From NCBI GenBank assembly GCA_013239625.1, contig MU053418.1, forward strand, positions 1-64,000: a DNA stretch of 64,000 bases. The letters run 5' to 3'. This DNA comes from Lama guanicoe. Its lineage: Eukaryota. A program made the translations under genes and the position numbers. Positions 49,840 to 64,000 of the stretch are shown one piece after another; positions within the stretch are counted from its first letter, which is position 1; each line of letters starts with the position of its first letter. The notes under the pieces are model-generated. The model saw only the letters and a list, made by a program, of their open reading frames with translations. It was not told the origin of the DNA and did not search any database.

Positions 49840-51858
49840 AAACTTTAAATCTCCACAAAGAGGTAAATTCAGACCCAAATGGTTTCATTGGTAAAATCTT
49901 CCAAACATTAAAATAAATACCAGAATCTTACATAAAATCATTGATAGAATCGAAAAATATGAAACAATGCTCAACTCAACTTATAAAAATGAAAATAATA
50001 CCGTCTTCAACCCCAAACCTGGAAAGATTACAACAAGGAAAATTATAGGATAACATCTTTATGGACATACACAGAACAATCAAAGTCAGTAATCATAAAG
50101 CCAATACATTATGGGCAAAGACGATGTATTTCAGAAATATCAGACTGGCTTAACATTTGAAAATTAATTAAGACTATTCACCATAATCACAAAATAAATA
50201 AGGAAAGCCATATGATTACCTCAATACATGCAAAAAAAGCATTTGGGAAAATTCAATATTCATACATAATTTTAAAAAAAGTCTTAGCAAACAAGGAATG
50301 GAAGAAAACTTCCTCAAAAAATAAAGGGCATTTACAGAAATCCTTCAGTTAACATCAAAATTAATGGCAACATACTGAGTGGTTTCTCCCTCAGGTCAGA
50401 CACAAGACCAAGATGTTCACTCTCACTACTTCTATACAACACTTTCCTGGTGTTCCTAGCCAGTACAGAAGGCAAGGACAAGGAAAATGGTATAAAGATT
50501 GGGAAGGAAGAAGTAGACTTGTCTTATTGATAGATGGCAAAACTGTTTATGTAGAAAATTTTTAGAAATCTACAAAACAACTACCAGAATAGGTGAATTA
50601 GCAAGGTTGCAGGATACAAGGTAAACATGCAAATATCAACTGCTTTTCTATATATTAGCATTAAACAATTAGAGAATAAATAGAGAAGATAGTATAAAGT
50701 AAAAAAAAACAGTATAAAATATTTAGGAACATATTTAATGAAAAATTGGCAAGACTGCTAAACTGAAAACCACAGAAACAGGGAGAAATTAAAGACTTAA
50801 GTAAAGATCCCACGGTCACGGATTGGAAAACAGCATTGTTGAGATGTCATTTCTCCCCAAAATAAGCAATGCAATCTCAAAAACAAAAAGTCCTAACAGG
50901 TGAGTGTGTATGTGTATGTGTGTGTGTATGTGTGTATGTGGAGACTGATGAGCTGATTCTAAAATTTAATGAAAATGAAAAAGACCTATAGCAGCACAGA
51001 ACTGTCCAGAATGTCTAGAAACATAGGTATCATTTAAATATATTCTGCAGATTAAAGATATTCCTGGCAACATTCTGTATTCATGCTGTAGAACAGCCAA
51101 GCAGTCTTGAAGAAAACAGCAAACCTAGAAGGCTAACACTGCCAGACAGCAAGACTTATTAATAAGTTATAATATTATAACAGTGTAAGTATAATGTTGT
51201 CATAAAGATGGCTAGATCAGCCAAAGGAACAGAACAGAAAGCCCAGAAACATAATCACATATATATGATTGCCTGATAAGTGAGAAAGATAAAACTGCAA
51301 CTCAGTGGAAGGACAGTCTTTTTAATATGCTTCTGTTCATCAAAAGATATCATTAAGAAAGTGATGACAGATTAAAAAAGGTATTTTTCAATACATACTA
51401 CTGACAAAAGACTCATACTCAGAATATATTTTTAAACAACTATAAATCAATAAGAAAAAGACCAACAATCCAACAATATAATAAAAGTAAATGACCCGAA
51501 TAATCACTTCACTAAAGGAGATATCTGAATTGGCAACAAACATATGAAAAGATGTTCAACATCATTAGTCATCAGACCAATGGAAATTAAGACTTCATGA
51601 GGTAACACACCACAATGGCCAGAATGGCTAAAAATTAATTAAACTGACAATACCAAGCGCTAACAGGATGTAATGCAACTGGAACTCTCACACGTGGATG
51701 GTGGCAGTATAATTTAGTACAAACATTTTGGAAAACTGCTTAAACTAAATATTACTAGAGCTAAATATGTAACTACTCTATACTCAGCAAGTTTATTTCT
51801 GGTTATATATCTAACAAAAATGACATCCTCCAAAAGACAGACACAAGAATATTTATGG
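49840..51858 (+). mobile_element. Old L1 ORF2 fragment, continuing at ~54040-54580 after a younger insertion
   Basis: Degenerate ORF2 text: aaaagcatttgggaaaattcaata, agcaaggttgcaggatacaaggtaaac, catatgaaaagatgttcaacatcattagtcatcag. Confidence 0.85.
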
Positions 51859-51859
51859 A

Positions 51860-54020
51860 AGAGGAAATCAAAGTGGCAGCAGAGGAGAATGCTGAGTTCA
51901 CCTCCCATGAACACATCAAAAATACATCTATATTTGGAGCAATTCTCACTGAAAACAATCTGGAGACCAGCAGAAAGACACTTATACAACTAAGGCTGTA
52001 AGAAAAGACCCACAGGGAGCTGGGAAGGAAGGGAACAGAAGCAATCAGGTTGGGACCTGCACCCCTAGGAGGGATATTACACAGACTCAATGATCCTCCC
52101 CAGGGAGTGGGCAGTTCAAACCACATACTGGGCACCCCCACCCTGGACCCAACACCTGCAAGACAAGGCCCCTTGGCTTGTATGAATATCAGTGGGATTG
52201 GAGAGGGCACTGTGAGAAACATGGGACACCGCTCATGAAGAGCATGTCACACATGCTGGCCTGCTCAAAAAAGAAGGCGGAGGAGGCAGGCAGAGACTGC
52301 CAGAACTCTGGCTGGTTTCCCAGGACTGCCCGCAAGACCACACCAAGTACCCGCTCCTGCCCCTTTTGCTCCATAGCACAGCTCCTCACTAGGGCAAAGG
52401 CTGCTGCTGAGGAGAGTGCACACATGGGGGAAAGAGCTGGACTGGACCTGACACTACACTGAATGGGATAGGGGGCGTTACTGGTGCTGTCAGGGATGAC
52501 AGACCAGGAGTGTCCTGGAACACTGACATGTGCCAGGACAACTACAGTGGGCACACAGTCCAGCCCCTCCTGCTCCTGTACTGCTTCCTTCTGAGGAATG
52601 GAACCAGCTCCCACTCAACCCTCAGGGCTTCTGCGCTAGCACCTTAAGGCTATGGTAACTACAAGTCAAAAACCTACAATGGTTTTTCTTGTAATAAAAA
52701 AATCTTCCAGCAAATAAAGGTCCAAGACTGGATGGCTTCACAGGGAAATTCTACCAAACACATAAAGAAGAACTATTATCTATCCTTCTCACACTATTCT
52801 GAAAACTGAAGAGAACAGAACACTCCCAGATTCATTCCACAAGGTGGTAAGTACCCTGATACCAAAACCAGACAAAGACACTATGAAAGAAGAAAATTAT
52901 AGGCCAATACTTCTGATGAATTTAGATGCAAAAATCTTCAACAAAATATTAGCAAACTGAATACAAAAATATACAAAAAGGATCATACACCATGATCAAG
53001 TGGGTAAATTTATTTGAGAGATGCAAGGATGGATCATTATTTGCAGATCAATGTGACATACCACATTAACAAATGGAAGGATAAAAATCACATGATCATC
53101 TCAGTAGATGCAGATGAGAGCATCTGATCAAATTCAATATTCACTCATGATAGAAACTCTCATTAGAGTGGGTATAGACAGAGCATATCTCAACATAATA
53201 AAGGCCATTTATGACAAACCCACAGCCAACATCATACTCAATGGTGAAGAGCTGAAAGCCTTCCCATTAAATCCAGGAACAAGACAGGGATGCCCACTAT
53301 CGCCACTTGTTAACATAGTATTGGAAGCCCTAATCACAGCAATCATAGACACACGCACACAGAGTAAGAGATGTCCAAATTGGAGGGTTAGAGGTATAAC
53401 TGTCATTGTTTGCAGATAATACTCCTAGGTATATATCCAAAGAAAACAAAAGCACTAATTGGAAAAGATACATGCACCCCAATGTTCACAGCAGCATTAT
53501 TTACAATGGCTAAGGCATGGAAACAACACAAATGCCGACCAACAAATGACTGGATAAAGAACATTTAGGGGGTGTGTGCGTGTGCGTGAGTGTGTGCGCA
53601 CACGAGTGCACAATGGAACATTACTCAGCCATAAAAAATAATAAATTCTGTCTTTTGTATCAATGTGGATGGACCTAGAGAATATTATGCTCTAGTGAAG
53701 TGAGTCAGAGAAAGACAAATATTATATGATATCAATTATATGTGGAATCTAAAAAATTATACAAATGAATGTATATGCAAAACAGAAACAGACTCACAGA
53801 TACAGAAAACAAACTTATGGTAACTAAAGGGGAGACTGAAGCAGAGAAGGACAAATTAGGGCTCTGGTTTAACAAACACAAACTACAATGTATAAAATAG
53901 ATGAAAAACAAGGATATATTGTATAACACAGGGAATTATAGGCATTATCTTGTAATAATTTTAAATAGAGCACCTGAAACAAATATAATACTGTAACTCA
54001 ACTATACTTCAAGTAAAACA
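51860..54020 (+). mobile_element. Younger, internally deleted L1 (5' UTR, ORF2 RT piece, 3' UTR)
   Basis: 5' UTR (aacacatcaaaaatacatcta...), RT peptide [40 protein letters not shown] at 53108-53419, and 3' UTR acagaaacagactcacagatacagaaaac. Confidence 0.88.
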
Positions 54021-54788
54021 ATTTGTAACACCCTTTTTCAAATGCCCCAAATTTCAAAATAAATATACTTAAAACAAGTGTGTTTCAAATATGTACCCCA
54101 AATGTGTTTCAATAATGAAATGGACAGATAAATTCTGGAATAGTCACAATGGAACACTACACAGCAATACAAAGCAAAAAAACTCCAAATATATACAATA
54201 CACATGTATCTCACAAACATAGTGCTGGTCCAAAGAAGCTAGATACTATATACATACGTGTGTATCTGTAGTATATATATACACATATATATAGTGTGTA
54301 TGTATGTACATATACAGTGCAAATACACATACAGTACATACTGTATGATTGCAGTTATCTTAAGTTAAAAACAGGAAACCTTGATCTGTGATAATAGAAG
54401 GGAGAGATGTTATTTACTGGCAAGAGGACACCAGGGAGCCTCCTGGGGTGCTAAAAAAATGTTCCATATGTTAATCTTGATAATGGAAATATGGGTCTGT
54501 ACATATACAAAATTGTATTTACTTGAACACTTAAACCCTGTGTATTTAACTCTATATATACCTTAAAAAAAAAAAAAGAAGGAAACCATTTGGGTATGAG
54601 AGTGACAATAGGAGATACTGGGTGACTCAGTGACTTTGGATATTTGAGTCATGTCAACAAGCTGCTTCCAAAGGTCCAGAGCCACTTAAAAGTGACTCCT
54701 GAAGACCATTTCAGTGGCTTTAATCAGGCTTTAATCACTAACCCTTTGTGATCCAACTTCCTCCTAACCTCCATCTGGCTCCTACTCA

Positions 54789-54968
<180 letters not shown>

Positions 54969-55168
54969 TCAAAGAGAGTACAATTAAAAATGCTCATTTA
55001 ATCCTGTTATGGGACAGAGGACAACACATTCTTTCTGGTACCCACAAGGGATAAATTGTCCTTCACCTCTGAATCCCCAACCTAAATTATTATTATATTC
55101 TACAAAACTTCCACAGGTAAATAAAAAAGGACATGTGTACTGGGGGTCTACATGGGAAACAAATGCTA

Positions 55169-55300
<132 letters not shown>

Positions 55301-57302
55301 CTAGGAAAACATATTTCTACTCAATCTGAAATGGTCTGAATCAGGTGTTGTGGGAAAAAGTGTTTAAATACTAATTTTTTTTTTTACCATTTTTACTATT
55401 GAAAATTGACCAGAAATGTTACAAAAGACCTCTGCTATATAACTTGTTTTGTGTTACACTTTGTGAGTTAAAAAAGCAATCACAGTAGAAATACCACTGG
55501 TGAATTAATTTATTACTTAAGGGAAAAGTATCTGCATGCCCTCATGTGCCCAGATCTGTCCTAGTTTTTGAGAATTCCAAATTGAATAACATACTCTTCC
55601 TGGTCTGAAAGAACTTACTCTTATAATGAAACATATAAAGACATACCCAACATAGGACTTAAAGGACCCACAGCACAAATCTGTGCAATGCAGATAGAGA
55701 TCATACCGGGGTTCTGTGCAAGTTCACGTGAGAGTGTTAGCACCTTGGATTTGACTGAGCAGATAAAACTTTCAGTGATTAAATATAAATAGCAGTTTCT
55801 TTATAAATATCTGGCAAAATATCAATGAAAGTTAAGAAGACCTGAAATAATGTGGTAAGTCAACAGACTGCACAACAGGACAGGAGAGCAGGTCTGAACC
55901 TGTGATAAAATAAAGGATGCAGAGGCAGGGGGAAGAGATTCTGGGGAGGAAAGAAGCTAATTGATTTGACTTAAATCCTGTTAGAGATCTCTAAGTATTT
56001 AATCACTCACCTAAATCCCTAAAATTCTTGAGCAATCATCAGTTTTATTTATATCTATAAATTAAATAAAATACTGCCAATTCACATTTGAAGAGAGCTT
56101 AATTCTGTTATTTTTCAGATAAAACTGTAAATAGACCAGCTAATATTTTCTTCCCATGCCCAAAGGGATTGACAACATATGATGTGTGCAGAACCATCTT
56201 ACACACTCCCTTGGGGCCTTGCCTCCTCCCTTCTCCCACCTCCACTCACCGCAGGTCCCTGCTGTGAACAGCAGGAAGCCAATCGTGCAGTGGGAATATA
56301 CACCTCTGTCCCAGTTATACAAACTAATTGTCACTGAAGAAGCAATGATCCCAGAGTAAGGTGGAGTTGGATTGACTAAATTAAGGGGGGCAGCAGTGAA
56401 GATGCTACACAGGGAACTTGCTGAGCAAAGGGAGAGAGGAAGAGTTTACTCCCAGAGGGTCTGCGTGATCTGCCCTGGAGGTTCTGGAAACTTTTGTCAA
56501 GTCTGAAGAAACAGGAGGAAGAGCGGTGACAATGAGACAGATACTAGACATACATACAGGACTCCAAATGTCTTCAGAACATGGAAGTGGATATACTCAT
56601 TAAAGGTGAGGCAGATGATTCTGGAGTTCAGTAGAGGGGCTTACTATGAAAATAAGGATGTGGGTGAAAATGGCAATGAGACAGACTGAGGAAAGAGATA
56701 CCAGCACAGAATGTGAGGGAACACCAATATCTGAGTGGCTGGTAGGAAAAAAAAGAAAAGTAGGCTATGAAGGCTGAGAAGAAATTTTCTGAAATGTGAG
56801 AACACAACTAGATGCAGAGAATAGTGGAAAATAATGAGCACAATTTCACAAATATCTGACATTTCCAATTAAAGATAATGGACTTAAAACACACATCTGC
56901 CTCTGATGCCTCCAATAATAGAAGTGGAAGAAACAGTAAGACAAACAAATGTGCAAGTAACAGAATACACTAAAAAAGACAATTTCATGTAACTTCTGGA
57001 TAGTATTAGTAAATAGCATCAGATGAAGGAAACTAGAGGCACCATGCCTACAATTTACAGAAACACAGGTAGGCAGAAGCAGCGGCTTCCAACCACAGCC
57101 AGAGACCACCAAGCTCTAAGCTTTCAAACCAGGCAGGGGTCAGCAAAGGTAGTTGGAAGGGTGACTCACTGACAAAATAACCGACTCCCAGGGCACCTTG
57201 GCAGCCCCCTACTCTGTGGAGACCCAGCAATTAGTGAAGACTAAAGCTGATGAGCAGTCATTCTCTAAAGCTGGGACACATTAAAAAAAATTAATAAATC
57301 TA

Positions 57303-57536
57303 CATAGTCAGCCCTTCATGTGCCCAGGTTCCATCCACATCCATAGATTCAACCAACTGTGGATTGAAAATATTTGGGGAAAAAACTGCAGAAAGTTCCA
57401 AAAGCAAAACTGAATTTGCCACACACCAGCAATTACTTACGTAGAATTTACATTGTATTTACAACTATTTACATAGTATTTACATTGTGTGAGGTATTAG
57501 AGTAATCTAGAGACTATATAAAGTATATGGGAGGAT
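57303..57536 (+). mobile_element. Tigger3/MER2-like DNA transposon, left half
   Basis: atccatagattcaaccaactgtggattgaaaatatttggg...gtaatctagagactatataaagtatatgggaggat. Confidence 0.8.
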
Positions 57537-59337
57537 CTACCATAAAGAAGGCATGAATATACAATGGGGTATTGAAATACAGCTTCTTCAATAAATGGTT
57601 CTGGGAGAGCTAGAGAGCTATATGCAAAAGAATCAAACTGGACTACTTTCTCACACCACATACAAAAATAAACTCAAAATGGATTAAAGACCTAAATGTA
57701 AGACCTGAACCCATAAAATTTCTACAAGAAAACACAGGCAGTACACTCTCTGACATCATTCTTAGCAATATGTTTTGGATGTGTCTGCTTGCACAAGGGA
57801 AACAAAAGCAAAAATTAACAGCTGGGACTACATCAAACTAAAAAGCTTTTGTACACTGAAGAAAATTATCAACAAAATGAAAAGGCTGCCTACTGAATGG
57901 GAGAAGACTTTGCAAAAGATGTATCCAACAAGAGGTTAATATCTAAAATATACAAAGAACTCACACAACTTTGACAGTCATAAAAAAAATAATTAAAAAT
58001 GGACAAGTGACTGAACAGACATTGTTCCAAAGACATACAGATGGCCAACAGGCACATGAAAAGATGCGCTACATCATTAATTATCAGAGAAATACAAATC
58101 AAAACCACGAAATACCACCTCACACTGTCAGATGACTATTATCAAAAGACAACAAATAACAAGTATTGGCAAGAATGTGGAGAAAACGAACCTTCATGCA
58201 GTGTTGGTGGTAATGTAAATTAGCGCAGCCAATATGGAAAACAGTATGAATACTTCTCAAAAAATGAAAAACAGAACTACCGTACAACCCAACAATTCCA
58301 CTTTTTGCTATTTATCTGAAGAAAATGAAAACATTAATTTGAAAAGGTACTTGTATCCCTGTGTTCACTGCAGCATTATTCACAATAGCCAAGATACGGA
58401 AGCAACCTAAGCGTCCATCAACAGATGACGGATAAAGAAGATATGGTATATATCTATGTATACATATACACAAAATGGAATATTCCTCAGCCATAAAAAA
58501 GAATGAAATGTTGCTATTTATGACAACATGGATGGACCTAAAAAGTATTGTACCAAGAGAAATAAATCAAAGACAAATACTATATGATTGCATTATATGT
58601 GGAAACTGAAAAACAAAACAAATGAACAAATATAACCAAACAGAAACAGAGTCATAGATACAGAGAACAGGAGGGTGCCAGAGGGAGGGTGGTGGGGTAT
58701 GGAGAGAAACAGGTGAGGGATATTAAAGAGGCAAAAACTTGCAGTTTACAAGATAAATGAGTCACAGGTGAAAAATGAACAGTGTAGGGAATACAGTCAA
58801 TAATTATATAATATCTTTGTAGCAGATGATAACGACTTATTATGGTGATTATTTTGAAATGTACATAGAATCACTATGTTGTGTACCAAGAACTAACACA
58901 GTTCTACAGGACAATTATACTTCAAAAACAAGCAAACAAACTCATAGAAAAAGAGATCTGATTTGTGGCTACCAGAGGTAGGGTATGGAGGCAGGAGGAG
59001 AAAGAATTAGATGAAGGTAAACAAAAGGTACTAATGTTCAGTTATAAGATAAGTACTAGGGATGTAATGTACAACATGATAGATAATTAACATTGCTGTG
59101 TGTTAATAAATGATCATTATTAAGAGTAGTAAATCCTTAGAGTTCTCAGCACAAAGAAAAAAAATTTTCTATTTCTTTAATGTCGTATCTATATGAGATG
59201 ATGAATGTTCATTTTGCCTACTGCAGTAATCATTTCATGATGAAAGTCAAATCATTATGTTGCACACCTTGAACTTATACAGTACCACATGTCAATTTTA
59301 TCTCAATAAAACTGAAAAAAACATTAAAAAAATCAAA
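57537..59337 (+). mobile_element. 5'-truncated L1 (ORF2 3' part and 3' UTR with A-rich tail)
   Basis: ORF2 text (cttcaataaatggttctgggag, [23 protein letters not shown]) and the terminal ctcaataaaactgaaaaaaa. Confidence 0.92.
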
Positions 59338-59467
59338 GAGGATGTGAATAGGTTTTATGCAAATACTACATACACCATTTTATGTAAGGGAATTGAGTGT
59401 CTACAGATGCTGGTATCCATGGGTGGTCCTGGAGCCAATCTCCTGCAGATACCAAGGGATGACGGCA
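59338..59467 (+). mobile_element. Tigger3/MER2-like DNA transposon, right half
   Basis: gaggatgtgaataggttttatgcaaatactac...ggtcctggagccaatctcctgcagataccaagggatgacgg. Confidence 0.8.
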
Positions 59468-60029
59468 TATGAACAATACAGACAGTTCTGCCCAAAGTGA
59501 AGCCAGCTAAGAAATGCAGCTTCTCACACTTCAATCCTCCATAACAGCATGTATTTCTTTTAAAGCAGCTACTTAATGAAACAGATCTTAGTGCTCTAAT
59601 TTCAGGATATACCATTCTCCATTTCAAGAACTGAAGGGGGAACCTCCTGCTTGCTTGCCTGCCTCCTTTCCGCCTGGCCTGAAGGAGAGTCCTCCCATGT
59701 CCATCCCCTACCCACTCACCTACAGAACCTTCTGGTGAGAGTCTGTGTTAAGATACATCCATATCTGCATCCTTACCTACCAAGTCACCTGTGCTAATCA
59801 AACTAGATCTTCAGAGAAAAACAGGAGAGAAAAATGATGGTTTATCAACAAGAAGGGAAAACCAAAACATTAAAAGTAAGCCACCAGAATGAACAGAATG
59901 ACTGAAGATTAAGGGGGGAAGTACAAAAATATGGGAAAGTTTTGAGATATTCTAAATAGAATCCTCAAATATGTTCAGGAGAATATTGCTTCTCCATAAA
60001 GTGAGAATAGTTAGCTATAAGAATCCATC

Positions 60030-62096
60030 AGAGAGAGGAGTCAAGATGGAGGAGTAGTAGGACCACAAGCTCTCCTCTCCGCATGACTACAACAAAACCA
60101 CAACTGACTGCTAAACAACCACTGGGGGAAAAAAAGATTGGAACCTAGTAAAAAAAGATCTTCAACTGGAAACATAAAGACAGAACCACAAAGGGACAGC
60201 AGGAAGGGCGTGCTTGTATAATCGGGGCCTCATACCCACCAAGTGGGCAACCCACAAACAGAAGAATAATTAAGTTGCAGAGGCCATTCCACAGGAGTGA
60301 GCATTCTGAGCCCCACATTATGATCCATAAACCAGGGTTCTGGCATTGGGAGGAGAAGACCCCAGGACATCTTGTTTTGAAGGCCAGCAGGACTTAACTT
60401 CAGGATCCCCATGGGAGTGGAGGAAACAGACACTTCATTCTCTTGGAAAATACACACACAATCTCATGTATGCCAGGTCCAAGGGCAGAGGCAGTGATTT
60501 CATAGGAATCCAGACCTGCCTGCTGGTTTTGCAAGGCTCCAGGGGAGGTAGGGGATGGCTGCAGATCACCTAGGGGACATAAAAGCTGGTGGTGAACATT
60601 TCAGGAGTGTTCATCTACATGAGCTTTCCTAGAGGCTGTCATCTTGAAGGGGCCATCAGCACCAAGACCTAGGCCCACCCATCAGCAGACTTCCTGAGCC
60701 ATAAACACCTCTAGACATGCCCCTAAACAGGGCCCTAACCACCAGAGGTCCAGGACCAAGTTTCACCCAGCAGTGGGCAGGCACTGACTCCTTCTGCCAA
60801 GAAACCTGCATAAGCCTCTAGCTCAGCTTCATCCAACAGGGGGCAGGCACCAGAAGTAAGAAAGCAGCAAACCCAAAGCCTGTGGAAGGAATCCACAAAC
60901 ACAGGCCAGACTCTACTGTGGGACCAGCTGGACTCTGGCCCTTGGGTGACAAGAGAAGAATGTACTGCTGGGACACACAGTATGTCTCCCACAGAGGGTC
61001 ACTTCTCCAAGGTTGAGAAACATAACTAACCTGCCTAAAAATGCAAATACAAAGATGGAAAGTATGAGGAAACAGAGAAGTATCATCCAGGCCAACACAC
61101 AAGATAAAATTCCAGAAAAAGAAATAAGTGATGAGTAGATAGGCAATCTATCCAAGAAAGAGTTTAGACTAATGATGGTGAAGCTGTTCAGAGACTCAGG
61201 AGTACAGATGCACTGGGGGACGTTTCAGCAAAGAGTCAGAAAATATAAATACCCAAAGTTGAAGCATAAAATTACTGAAATGAGTAACACACTAGAAGGA
61301 ACCAAGAATAGACTAAATGAGGCAGAAGAACAGATCAGTGAGCTAGAATACAGGTTAGTGGAATTCACGACTACAGAACAGAAAAGAGGGAAAAGAATGA
61401 AAAGAAGTGAAGATAGTTTAAGGGAACTCTGAAACAACATGAAGTGCATTAATGTTCACATTATAGTGGTCCCAGAAAGAGAACGGAGAGAAAAAGGACC
61501 TCAGAGAATTTTTGGAGAGATAATAACCAAAAACTTCCCTAACTTGGGAAAGGTAACAGTCACTCAAGTCCAGGAAGCACAGAGAGTACCACATAAAATC
61601 AGCCCAAGAGGAACACACAAGGCACATAGTAATCAAACTGATAAAAATTAAGGATAAGGAGAAAATATTAAAATCAGCAAGAGAAAAGCAAAAAATAACA
61701 TACAAGGGAACTCCCATAAGGTTATCAGCTGATTTTTCAGCAGAAACTGCAGGCCAGAAGGGAGTGGCACGATGTATTTAAAGTGATGAAAGGAGAAAAC
61801 TTACAACCAAGAATACTCTATTCAGCAAGGCTCTCATTCAGATTTGATGGAGAAATTAATAGCTTCACAGATAAGAAAAAGCTAAAAGAATTCAGCACCA
61901 CCAAACCAGCTCTACAATAAATGTTAAAGAAATTTCTCTAGTCATCAACCACAAAACAGAGTAAGAGGAAAGAAAGACCTACAAAATAAAACCAAAATAA
62001 TTAACAAAATGGCAATAAGAATATACAATGTAAATAGATTAACCACTCCAACCAAGACATAGACTGGCTGAATTGATACAAAAACGAGACCCATAT
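60030..62096 (+). mobile_element. L1 5' UTR, ORF1 and ORF2 start (resumes at 63135-63290)
   Basis: gagtcaagatggaggagtag 5' end. ORF1-like peptides EMSNTLEGTKNRLNEAEEQISELEYR and IFGEIITKNFPNLGK...QVQEAQRVP, broken by stops and frameshifts. Confidence 0.9.
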
Positions 62097-63134
62097 CTTT
62101 TGTGGTTCCTTATAAATTTTGCAATTGTTTGTTCTAGGTATGTGAAGAGTCTTGTATTTTGATGGGGGTTGCACTGGATTTGTGGATTGCTTTGGTTAGT
62201 GTGGCCATTTTGATAGTGTTGATTATTCCAATCCAAGAGCACAAGAACTCTTTCCATTTCTTTGTGTCATTTTGATTTTTGGAGTACAGGTACCTTTTTG
62301 GTTAAGTTTATTTCTAGGTATTTTGATGTTTTTGATGTAACAGAAATGTTTATGCCAGTTATAAAATTCTGGGTTTTGAAGTGAAAAAAAAAAGTGAATG
62401 AAGGGCCACAAATGGCAAAATACCCTTCTTTCTTATGGGTGAGTTGTATTCTATTATATATATGTGTGTATGTATGTGTGTCTATACACACACACACATA
62501 CTGTATCTTCATTATCTATTCAACTACTGATGTGCACTTAAGATGCTTCCATATCTTGGCAATTATACATAATGTTGCTGTTAATAGCAGGGTGTATGTA
62601 TCTTGTTGAATTAATTCTTATTTTGTGGTTGGCTTCATTCCTTTCATAACTATGTAAGTTTAAATAGCTTGCCAGTCTGAAAAGTCTACAAACTATACGA
62701 TTCCAACCAAATGACATTCTGGAAAAGGCACAGCTATAGGAACAATAAAAAGATCGTAGTTTCCAGAGGTTTGGGGAGAGGGAGGGAGGAAGGAATGAAT
62801 AGATGGAGTACAAGGGATTTTTAGGGCAATGAAATTATTCTGTATGATACTATAGTGGTGGCTATACATCATTATGCATTTATCAAAACCCATAGAATGT
62901 ATAACATCAAGAGTGAACCCTAATGTAAACTATGGATTTTGGTTGATAATAATGTGTCCATGTTGGTTCTTCGATGGTACCAAATATGCCACACTGATGA
63001 GTGATGTTGAGGGTAGGGGAGTATTTATGTGTGGGTGGGGAGGGCTATGAGCGAACTCTTTGTATTTTCTGTTCAATTCTGCTGTGAACCTGAAACTGCT
63101 CTAAAAAAATAAAGCCTATTAATAAATTAAAAAA
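62097..63134. mobile_element. Composite retro-insertion: antisense L1 pieces plus a sense L1MC-like 3' end with poly(A)
   Basis: Flanked by aaaacgagacccatat (62081-62096) and aaaacaagacccatat (63135-63150); ends in aataaattaaaaaaaaaa. Confidence 0.8.
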
Positions 63135-64000
63135 AAAACAAGACCCATATATATGCTCTCTGTAACAGCTAGAGATACATGCAGGCTGAAAGTAAGGAGA
63201 TGGAAAAGAATATTCTAGGCAAATGGAAACCAAAAGAAAGCTGAGTAGCAATACTTGGACAAAATACATTTTAAAATACTGTTACAAGAATCCATCAGAG
63301 ATAAAAAAGAGAGTACTTGAAAATGAATTTTTTTCATGTTTGCTTAATTGTGGAAACATATGACAAATATTGCCAAAAGCTACTAGAAAACAAATTGGAT
63401 AGAGAATACAAAATTATATAAATCTCTCATAAAAAATAAAAATCAAAAAATAATGAAGAGTTTATAAAATATGGATGAATCCAGGAGATAAATACCACTC
63501 TAAAAGAAATCCAGAACAGGTCACACAGAATAGAGGTAATAAAAGAAGAAACAACAGAACATCTGCCTGAAGAGAAACATGAATCTTCAGATTTAAAGAA
63601 CATACATTAACACTTTTAAATACAAAGAAATTTCCGGAAAAAAAGTAAAAATGTCTATCTAGCTCAATATGATTACATTTCTGAAATATAATTAACAATC
63701 TTTAAAGCCTATGAAAGTAAATAAGCAGTGACTGGCCACAAAGACATGAGACGCAAACTGACACCTGATTCATCCTCAGCAAAAATCAGTAATAGAAGGA
63801 AATAGAAAAAGAGATGCTTACAATTTCCTGAGGACAATAACTATTTTTTCACCCAGAACTATATACAACCAGTCAAATAGCCATTAATACAACAAAGAAA
63901 ACTAAGTAGATCATAAAACTATAAACCATAAATCCCTGAACACATTTTATAAAATATCAGAATTTAATTTGTCAAAACAGCATGTGACATAAGAAAGAAC

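Noticed and set aside
53108..53419. Reverse-transcriptase-like ORF as an active element or novel RT system
   Set aside because: Short, disrupted fragment of ordinary L1 ORF2.
56240..59770. Donor-like sites (GCG|gtgagt at ~56250, TAG|gtgagt at ~59720) as ZNF37A upstream exons
   Set aside because: Neither carries the expected short ATG exon (MITSQ-like, phase 0), and there is no other support. The start exon is probably beyond 64000.

Overview
Mammalian genomic DNA. The L1/LTR types suggest a cetartiodactyl, possibly a camelid (inference). There is a 644-N gap at 16097-16740. The right third holds the coding exons of a KRAB zinc-finger gene recognisable as ZNF37A on the minus strand: KRAB-A, KRAB-B and a final exon with 10 intact fingers, embedded in L1/ERV debris. 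Its ATG exon probably lies beyond the window. The left two-thirds look like a mosaic of duplicated gene pieces from unrelated loci: (1) three intron-separated HMCN2 (hemicentin-2) exons with stop codons; (2) a single, unusually diverged but open GRID1 exon 3; (3) an orphan CpG-island promoter and first exon (ATG ATG TG|gtgagt); (4) an apparently intact six-exon RALGDS-like gene (~266 aa) that encodes only the N-terminal REM domain and no catalytic RasGEF domain. Several local duplications, a truncated LTR junction and nested retro-insertions with target-site duplications (TSDs) are visible. Gene and repeat identifications come from my recollection of family sequences, not from database searches. 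Repeat boundaries are approximate. No prokaryote-type system (CRISPR etc.) is present.
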